A DNA stretch of 64,000 bases, taken from NCBI RefSeq assembly GCF_009914755.1, contig NC_060937.1, one strand, 5' to 3'. Both the position numbers and the translations under genes were made by a program. The DNA comes from the human T2T-CHM13v2.0 reference genome, Homo sapiens. Every line of letters begins with the position of its first letter. Position 1 is the first letter of the stretch. The notes beneath the pieces were generated by a model that was given only the letters and a program-made list of their open reading frames with translations, had not been told where the DNA came from and did not search any database. This document shows positions 1-8,600 of this stretch, piece after piece.

Positions 1-2698
1 CATCTTTTCATCTTCTGGATAGTAGGAACAGTATCACATGGGTTTGTACACTTTCTGTGATATTGGGAGTAATATCAACATCTCCGCCTTTGACTATGAA
101 GAACAATATCACAGAATGGATGTACACCCACTCAGATATTGGGAGTCATATCAGCCTCTCATCTCCATGGATATTGGGAATAATATCCCAGGGTGGGTGT
201 ACACCTCCTGCTGTATGGGGAGTCATATCGTCCTCCCCCATCCTGGCAATTAGGAACAATATCACAGGGTGGGTGTCCACAGCCTGCGATATTGGGACTC
301 ATATCACCCTCTCCCCCTCCGGATATTAGGAACAATATCACAGAAGGGTTGTATATTTCCTGCGATACTGCGAGTAATAGCATTCTCTTCTTCCGTGAAT
401 ATTAGGAGCAATATCACCGGGTGGATGTACACCCACTGCTATATTGGGAGTAACGTCATACTCCACCCCCTGGATGTTATATTCGGATCAATATAACCGG
501 GTGGGTGTACACCTACTGTGATATTGAAAGTAATATCATGCTCTCTCCTTTCCGTGGACATTAGGAACAGTATCACAGGTGGGTGTACACCCACTGCGGT
601 ATTAGGAGTAATATTAGTATGAATTATTACACCTTGATTATTAACATGAATATGAATTACCAATATTAATATTAAGAAATAATTGCTAATAAAAAGTTTT
701 CAGATTATTAATATTAATATTATTAGGAGCTAATATTACTGTTTTCTAATGAATAAGATCAGTATCAGTTATTAATATCAGGTGTTATTAATAATTAATA
801 TTAATAATTTATTTTTATCATTGGTAGAACTATGTAATAGAAATTATGATTATCGGTATTGATTTAAAAATATCAGTTATTAATATTGATATTATTAATA
901 TCAATCAATAATTGATGTTTTAATATCAATCAATAATTGATGTTATTAATATCAATCAATAATTGATGTTATTAATTGCGATAAGTAATATTGCGACATT
1001 CCTCACAATATCGCAGAAAATGTACACCCCTCTGTGATGTTGTTCCGAATAGTCAGGGGTAGACGATGGCATTACTCCAAATATCGCACTGGGTGTACAT
1101 TCCTTCTGTGATCTTGTTGCTAATATCCAGGCTGGGAGAGGATGGTATTAATCCCAATAATCCAGAAGGTGTAGACCTCCCCTGTGATATTGTCCCTAAT
1201 ATCCAAAGGTGGAGAGGAAGATATATCACCCAATTTCGCAGGGGTTGGACACCACCCCTGTGATATTGTTTCTAATGTCCACGGGTAGAGAAAATGACAT
1301 AACTCACAGTATGGCAGGGGGTGAACACTCCCTCCATGATATTGTTCCTAATACTCGGGGGTAAGAGTATGATATTACTCCCAATATCATAGGGGGTGTA
1401 CTCCCAATATCCCAGGGGGTGTATAGTATCCCGACCGGTGATAGACTCCGCCACGATGCGGGGAGTAATATCACGCCCCTCTCCTTCCCTGGCTATTACG
1501 ATACACATCGCAGGGGGGCGGGCGACGCTCGCGACGCGGGGAGAAATATCAGCCCCTCCTGACATTACAAGCCACATGGCAGGGGATGGACACCCCCAGT
1601 GATGCGGGGAGTAATATCTACCCCCCCTTCCCCATGGATATTAGGAGCCACATCGAAGGCGTGTGGACAGCCCCCGCTGATGCGCAGAGTAATATCAACC
1701 TCCGTCCCTCCCTGCATGTTAGCAGCCACTGTGGACACACAGTGTATTTACGATATTTCCAGTAAGATTATCTTTTCTATTGAACCTTATGAACAAGATC
1801 ACAGGGGGGTGTACACATCCTGCGATATTGGGGGTAATATCATTCTCTCCTCCACAGCATACTGGGAACAATATCACAGGGGCGTGTATTCCCCCTTTCT
1901 TATTGGGAGTCATATCATACTTGCCTTCCATATATTAAGAACAATATCAAAGGGGGGGGTGGACACTTTGACGATATTGGGAGTAACATCATTCTCTCTA
2001 TCCCTGGATATTAGTAGCAATATCACAGGGGGATGTACATTTCTTGTGATATTGAGAGTAGTATTATTGTCTTCCCCACTGGATATTAAAAACAATACCA
2101 CATGGGGTGTCAAACCACCTGCCAAATTTGAGGGAATCTTATCCTCTCCCCTGCACCCCCCGCGCCCCGGATATTACAGACAATAACACAGGGGTAATGT
2201 ACACCCACTGCTTTATTGGGAGAAGCATCATCCTCTCCTCCCTTAGATATTAGGAACAATATCATGGGGAGGGGGTGTACTGCCTCGGCGATATTGGGAG
2301 GAAAATTATCCTCTCTTCCCCTGGATATTAGGAAGGGTATCAGAGGGGGGAGAGTGTACATTCCCTGTGATATTCAATGTAATCTTATCCTCTCCCTCCC
2401 AGGGTATTAAGAAAAATATTACAGGAGGGTGTACACCCCCTGCAATACTGAGAGTCATATCATCCTCTTTCGCTCTGGATATTAGGAACAATATCACAGG
2501 GTTGTGTACTCCCCCTGCGATATTGGGAGTAATATCATTCTCTCTCCCTGTGGATTTTAGGAAGAGTATTACAGGGCTGTGTACACCCCCTGCGCTATTG
2601 GGAGTAATATCATCCTCTCTCCCTCTGGATAGTAGGAAGAGTTTCATAGGGGTGTGTACACCCCCTGTGATATTGGGAGTAATATCATCCTGTCGCCC
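1..2698. repeat. SATR1/SATR2-like satellite, ~75-bp unit, with orientation switches and an AT-rich spacer
   Basis: Unit TGGATATTAGGAACAATATCACAGGG..GTGTACACCCCCTGCGATATTGGGAGTAATATCATCCTCTC recurs with a 75-bp period (TGGAT at 2476, 2551, 2626). Family name recalled; SATR arrays are typical of OR7E-containing segmental duplications. Confidence 0.85.
610..990. repeat. AT-rich low-complexity spacer containing three ~27-bp tandem copies (TTAATATCAATCAATAATTGATGTT)
   Basis: Very AT-rich ATTAATATT-type sequence; tandem units at ~895-975. Confidence 0.8.
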
Positions 2699-3057
2699 TG
2701 AGGAGAGAAGCCATTTCGCTACTGTCTCCTGTCTCTGAAGAGGAGGAGGAAGTAAAAGTTGGAAAACAACAGGAATGAAGTCAGTGTCAAGACCAGCCGG
2801 TGGCAATGAGGAGCCGGCCTGAGGTGAAACAATCAACCCCCGTGACTCTAAGTACATGTGCTCTCAATCCATCAAGACCCTTTCACGTGGAACCCCTTAA
2901 AGCTGTAAGCCCTTAAACGGGCCAGGAACTCTGTCTTCCTTCCGGGAGCTCGGCTCTTAAGACGCGAGTCTGCCGAAGCTCCCAGCGGAATAAAAAAAAC
3001 TCTTCCTTCTTTAATCCGCTGTCTGAGGGGTTTTGTCCGCTGCTCATCCATGCTCCA
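2699..3057 (+). mobile_element. ERV1 5' LTR, HERV-E/Harlequin (LTR2-family-like)
   Basis: TG...CA ends; AATAAA at 2989; R/U5 sequence GAGCTCGGCTCTT...CTTCCTTCTTTAATCCGCTGTCTGAGGGGTTTTGTC resembles LTR2; immediately followed by a tRNA-Glu PBS (TTTCTTTGTTCCCTGACCGGGAA). Confidence 0.8.
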
Positions 3058-3065
3058 TTTCTTTG

Positions 3066-3137
3066 TTCCCTGACCGGGAATCGAACGCAGGCAGCAGCGG
3101 TGAGAGCACCGAATCCTAAGCACTAGACCACCAGGGG
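3066..3137 (-). tRNA. tRNA-Glu(CTC) full-length degenerate copy (probable pseudo-tRNA)
   Basis: Reverse complement CCCCTGGTGGTCTAGTGCTTAGGATTCGGTGCTCTCACCGCTGCTGCCTGCGTTCGATTCCCGGTCAGGGAA, 72 nt; anticodon CTC at 3102-3104. Versus canonical Glu-CTC: D-loop GG to GC, a T-stem mismatch and CpG-type transitions. Confidence 0.9.
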
Positions 3138-3578
3138 AACTTAGAACCTTGTGGGAAATAGATTGCACACCATTAGAAGTGGGTTGGCCATCAGAAGGAA
3201 GCCTGGACAGGTCCCTTGTTTCTAAGGCGTGGCACAAGGTAACTGGTAAAGATACCTAGACCAGTTCCCATACATAGACACTTGGTGACAGCTGGTGCTA
3301 GAACCCCCACAGTGGCTGAGGGCATGCAGCAGCAATACTAGTAGCAAAGGGACAGATAGCTAAGGAAGGATCCCGCTCCACTCACCCAGGGAAATCAACT
3401 CCTGAAGTTCTGTTCGACCCCACATCAGAGGATCCATTGCAGGAGATGGCACCAGAGATCCCAGTGGTGTCCTCCCCTTAACAGGGAAAGAGGCTCCCCA
3501 CTCTTGAGCCCACAGTGCTTGTGCCTCCACAAGACAAGCATATCCCTAGGCCACCCAGAGTAGACAAGAGAGGAGGAC
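3138..3578 (+). mobile_element. HERV-E-like gag (matrix region) fragment, defective
   Basis: Translates LRTLWEIDCTPLEVGWPSEGSLDRSLVSKAWHKVTGK, then after a frameshift DQFPYIDTW*QLVLEPPQWL: gammaretroviral MA motifs. Confidence 0.85.
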
Positions 3579-3720
3579 TATTCATATGATTAGTGGTCAT
3601 TAACATATACTCCTTTGTGAGGTGTATGTTTCAATGTTTTGCTCATTTTTAATTTTTACCAGGTTGTCTATTTGTGATTACTTTGTAGATGGGTCTTTCT
3701 ATATTCTGAAAACAAATCCT

Positions 3721-3870
3721 GGCTGGGTGCGGTGGCTCACGCCTGTAATCCCAGCACTTTGGGAGGCTGAGGTGGGCAGATCACCTGAGGTCGGGAGTTC
3801 GAGACCAGCCTGGCCAACATGGACAAACCCCGTCTCTGCTAAAAATACAAAAACTAGCTGGGAGTGGAGG
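3721..3870 (+). mobile_element. AluS left monomer, abruptly 3'-truncated (preceded by a short antisense L1M fragment, ~3590-3720)
   Basis: GGCTGGGTGCGGTGGCTCACGCCTGTAATCCC...AAAAATACAAAAACTAGCTGGG, then unrelated sequence with no poly-A tail. Confidence 0.9.
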
Positions 3871-4620
3871 CTGAATGTTTCACTCCGTTACATGTTAATT
3901 GCTCTACATTTAATTAGCCGTCTGTGGTGAGAGGCGAGAGGCTAGCGCCTAGCTCAGCGCACAGTCCAGGGCGTTCGCCCCCGCAGGCCGCGGGGCAGGG
4001 TGGCTCGTTACTCCGTGGACACTGCAAGGCGCCCTGTTCGCGCTGCGTCGACGCAGTAGTTTCTTCCCATAATAAACCCCTTCTAGATAAAGTCAGGCTG
4101 GCGGGAGCGCCCTGGACCGTAGTTCAGGCCCCCGCGCTCCGCGGTGGGAACAGTTCAGGACTCCCCCAACTCCTGCCCCTCTCGCCCCGACCCTCTCCAC
4201 TCCGCCCGCCCACCATCTCGGAAGTCCCCTTGGGACAATGCGTAGGGGACCTCCGCGTCCCCGACACCCGACTGGGACACGGCCGCGGGCTCCTTCGTCC
4301 CTCACCGCCAGCCAGGGAGGCTCTGCATGCCCACGTCCACTTCACAGCCGAGGAAGCTGCGGCTCGCGGAGGTGCCTGGCACGCGGCGGGAAGCAGCAGA
4401 GCTCGCGCCCAGCAGTCAGCTCTGGTGACGCCGAGGACACCGCGTGGGCCGGGTTGTCAGGGCGCGGGGGCGAGAGGCGGGTAAATATTTGGGGCTGTAA
4501 CCGGGGCTTCGGCGACTCCTCGTCACCGCGGTTCCAGGGCGGGCGCGTGGCGAGGGCGGTGCCTGGGGGCAGGGGCCTCCTCGGAGGGCGGCGGGGACAG
4601 ACCCGTCGCCCCGGCTCCGC

Positions 4621-4670
4621 AGCCCCGCCCCGGCCCCGCCTCCGCTCCGGCCGCCGAAGGCTATAAGATC
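4621..4670 (+). promoter_or_regulatory. RGCC: Core promoter: tandem GC boxes plus TATA-like TATAAGA
   Basis: CCCCGCCC at 4623 and CCCCGCC at 4634; TATAAGA at 4662-4668, ~185 nt upstream of the ATG. TSS inferred at ~4690-4720. Confidence 0.7.
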
Positions 4671-4848
4671 TAGGAACCCGAGCCGGTGGTAGGGCGGGCG
4701 CGGACCGTGCTGGGAGCGGCGCGGCTGGAGCGCAGCGCCGAAGGGACTGGCAGGGCTGAAGTGTGCGGGACAGCAAGCCCCCGAATAGCCCCGGCTGCCA
4801 CCTCGCAGGACCCAAGGCCACGCGCGCCGGGCCCAGCTGAGCCGCCTC

Positions 4849-4897
4849 ATGAAGCCGCCCGCGGCGCAGGGCAGCCCCGCGGCCGCCGCGGCCGCAG
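4849..4897 (+). CDS. RGCC: RGCC exon 1 coding part (MKPPAAQGSPAAAAAA)
   Basis: ATG at 4849; donor CAG|GTGAGT at 4898; 49 nt, phase 1. Confidence 0.97.
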
Positions 4898-5425
4898 GTG
4901 AGTGCGGGGTCCGGGGTCCCCTTAAAGTCTCGGCTCTGCAGATGGCGGGTGAGAAAGGAGGGGCCCCGTGTCGTCCCTTCACACCCCCCACCCTTCCATC
5001 CTCCCCGGCGGGAACCTGTCCCCGGTCTTCCCGCGCGGGCGGCTGCAGCCTCCTTTCCGGCCCGGGCTGGCCCCCATGTCCCACCTTCCCTCCACCACCA
5101 GCTCCGCGCGCGCCCGGGGTTGGGGGGAGCGGCGGGGACAGGTAACCGGCAGCGCCTGGGGAGGAATCTGGCCGCGCCAAGTCGCTGGGTGACCCTGGGC
5201 CTGGCGAAGGCTCAGTTTTCTTGTCTGTAAAACGGACTTGGTAATAGAACGCACTTCGGGGGTGGTGGAGAAGATTACAAGGTAACAGCGACTGCGTGGC
5301 TGTCACTTGGCAGAGGCGCCAAGTGTCAGTTATCTTCGGGAACCGTGGCGGCCCCTCCTGGCCCTGGGAGGTGGTCCCGCTGCCCCCCTGACTTCCGTGC
5401 ACTGAGCCCCTGGCCCTGCCCGCAG

Positions 5426-5611
5426 CCCCGGCCCTGGACTCGGCGGCCGCGGAGGACCTGTCGGACGCGCTGTGCGAGTTTGACGCGGTGCTGGCCGACT
5501 TCGCGTCGCCCTTCCACGAGCGCCACTTCCACTACGAGGAGCACCTGGAGCGCATGAAGCGGCGCAGCAGCGCCAGTGTCAGCGACAGCAGCGGCTTCAG
5601 CGACTCGGAGA
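5426..5611 (+). CDS. RGCC: RGCC exon 2 ([62 protein letters not shown])
   Basis: Acceptor CCCGCAG|; donor A|GTAAGT; 186 nt; translation matches recalled RGC-32 protein. Confidence 0.97.
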
Positions 5612-8600
5612 GTAAGTGCGGCCCCCGCTAGGATGGCGCCGGGATCTCCCAGCTCCCAGGACCTGCCCCGCGAAGGCTGCGGCCTCAGTTTTCTTATCAG
5701 TAAACTGAGGAATGGTTTCCTGAAGCTCAACGCAGTAGGCCGAGTGGTGGCGGGGCCCCTGACGATAATCACGGGAAAGGTCGCTGGAGGGCAGGTTGGT
5801 TCACTTGCCGCCCACGGGTGTGTCACCAGGCAGGCGAGTTTAAGCAGCTTGTCCCGACTCAGCCAGACAGGACTCCCTGGACCTGCACCAGGCCTTTCCG
5901 CAGTTTCCCTCCTCTTCTCCTTTCCGTGCCTCTCCCCTCTCAGCTGTAACTTTGCAGATGTGGAACAAGTGCCAGTGGAATGAGGGGGCACAGTGGGGAC
6001 ATGGGAGGGCGCAGAACGGAAATATTCATGAAACCAGGAAAGGTTTCATAAGCCCAAACTGCTGTTCTTGGGATTTATGAAATAACTGCTTGCATTGTCT
6101 TCTGGCCCTTAGCTCTCAGACTTGTTGCTCCATTGCATGCAGTTATGAAAATCTTTGGCACTGCTGAGTTCAAGTATTTTTCAGCCAGGTCCTCCACCAG
6201 GCTGGAGGGGGAGCCAGAGAGCACATGGGCATGAAGGTGGTTCCTGGTGATCTTTCTCACAATGGAGACTACCCCAGGGTCTCTTTGTCCTGAACAACTT
6301 TGTCAACAACAGCAACAACAACAAAAACAACAAAAGAGACAGCTTTTTCCAGGAACTCACATGTCCTGGGAGGATTACAGGTACCTCAAACAGCAAATTA
6401 GGTGCCTTTTTAATATTACATGATTGTTGGTTTCAAATCCAGAATTGCTTATTGTTTTTCAAAGGGCAAAGTCAATTTTAAACTCTTCTGTGTTATTCTT
6501 CAGCCTTTAATCCTTAGATGGGTTACAGGCATGAATGTCACTCCTTTTGCTGCCCTTGACTCAGGACGTGAAAGTAATGGCCTTTCCGTGTGATTCTCTT
6601 ATTTTGAAACCTGGAGCTCTTCCTTGTTCCTGGGCTAAGATTCGGGGCTAGACATGAACATGAGCTGCCCTTCTGCAAAGGGATAAATGCGCTCACCACC
6701 CTGGTCAGGGTTTGACTCAGGAAGCTGAGTTCCAGCTTGTTTCCTTGGCAGCACTGCCAAAGAGTTAGACCAAGCTGCAGCTTTTGAGGTGAAAGGGGAT
6801 GGAAGAAAGTACTGTTACTTTTCCACTTAGAATTTTTGGACTTTGTTCTTAATGAATAGGTTCATTTTCAATTTCAAAGCAAAGTGTTAACATTTTTGAA
6901 ATTTGTCTCAATTCTAAAGGCCAAACTTAAATATGTCTCCTCCTACTGGGGCATGGAGCAAGTTATTCATCAAATACAGATTCTCGCATGGAAAAGAAAG
7001 CTAGGATAGTGTGTCGCTGCTGCTCTGTGGCAAAGAACAGCTCCTTTCTAAGCAACAGCCTCACTCTACTAGAATAGGTCTGAGCGCGCCCATTCATGGC
7101 TGATTGCAACTTCCACTGGGTGGGATTTCAGATCTAGAATCTGTTTTCAGATGCCTTAAAGAGAAGACATAGAAACACATTCTTAACAGTTTCAGGGGAG
7201 ATAGTTGGGATAGTTTGTAGTTTTGCTTAGGTTATATGTGTCTGTTTTCTGCTTTTGTTGTTAACGGACTAACCCTTAGTTTGGTGGTTAGAGAAGTGAT
7301 GGGAAGAACATAAAGAAAGCTCAGATGACATTTGTCTTTGCTTTAAATGTGTAGTTTTTCTCTCACAAGGCTAGTCAGAAATATTGTTGGCAGAAGCTGT
7401 GTGTATCTAAATAGTAATTTCTTAAGGAAGCATAATATGTATATCTTAATTGCTGCCAAGAATTGAGTACAGACATTTGTTATCCTCGTTTGTCTGTTTA
7501 ATGCTTTTCTATGGGAGAGAATGCTTAAGAGAGGTAGATACTACTGAAATTTAGCTCATCAAGAGGGAGACACACCAGGATAAGGATAATAACAGCAGCT
7601 CACTTTTAGCAAACGCTTGTTATGATGATGATGATGATTTATTAGCTGGAATGGGAACCATGTCTTCACGAATAGACTGAAGTCCTTTTGAGCCCAGATC
7701 ACATGCCTGTTTGTCAATGATGGCTGTTTATGAAGGTGTCTCTTTGAGGTGGTGGTCATCTGGCAGGGTCAGTAGAGCTTAGATTGAGCCTTGTCAAGGC
7801 CCTGGGTGATGAGTGGGATTTAGTTTCTCTAGCTGTGAAATTGAAAGGATGCTATTTAATAGTGCTATTAGGGAGAAAATATTTGCTCTGTTGAATACTT
7901 TCAAAATATCATTACAATGTACATGCTGTGCTATACCATATAGATACATTGGAGCCAGTGTCTCGCATGAAAATATTTTGGATGAATATGTAAACCAATG
8001 TTACCTTTGTTTTTTGCTCTAGTTTTTACAGCTCTGTCTGAAGGTGCACCAACCTTACAAGGAAGATCAAACAGCAAGCCTGTTCTTTGAAGAATACTTC
8101 TTTATTATCATTAAAAAAAATTTAGGTTGCTTGCACCCAAAGGCAAAAAATAGCCATTCCTCGTACTGAAAGAAACAAGTTACTCAGATAGGAAAGAAGA
8201 ACAGATATTTAATAAGGAAATATTCCTTCCTGTTCCCACTTTCAGGGAGGCCTCTTAAGACATGAAGAGGACCAAAATAACAATTGCAGTATAACTTCAC
8301 ATGGTGGGGTGGGGGGTGTGGAGTTCAAATGTGGTTGATCAAAATAGTGTTGTTACTTTCCTTTAGACTTGATTCCAACATGTAAAAAAATCAGGCACTT
8401 TAGTGGGAGTGATTTTAACTTCAGTAGTGAAAGGGCAATGCAATTAAGAGTTAGGGTAGTGTTTCTCAAACTTCATCCTCAGAGGTGCTTTAGAAATTGA
8501 CTACCTTTGGTTTGAATTTATTTTTAGAAATATATCTTCTTTTCAGTATTTTTAAAACTGTAAAAGGTAAACCATGTTTTCTCAAATGTGTTAAATGAAA

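Larger units (their letters stand above)
3920..5830. promoter_or_regulatory. RGCC: CpG island covering the RGCC promoter, exon 1 and exon 2
   Basis: Very high GC content and undepleted CpG; boundaries estimated by eye. Confidence 0.9.

Noticed and set aside
1-2698. CRISPR-like regularly spaced palindromic repeats
   Set aside because: Units are contiguous diverged tandem copies without unique spacers; eukaryotic context and no cas genes.
38-2857. Multiple 60-195 aa ORFs with repeating ILGVISS/CTPPAILG motifs
   Set aside because: Translation of a 75-bp (25-codon) satellite; no gene structure.
3066-3137. Functional canonical tRNA-Glu gene
   Set aside because: Lost D-loop GG, T-stem mismatch, and context at an ERV primer-binding site; kept only as a degenerate copy.
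3924-5991. Long ORFs (up to 328 aa) on both strands of the CpG island
   Set aside because: Stop-codon depletion in GC-rich DNA; low-complexity Pro/Gly/Arg/Ala translations; only the spliced RGCC frame is supported.
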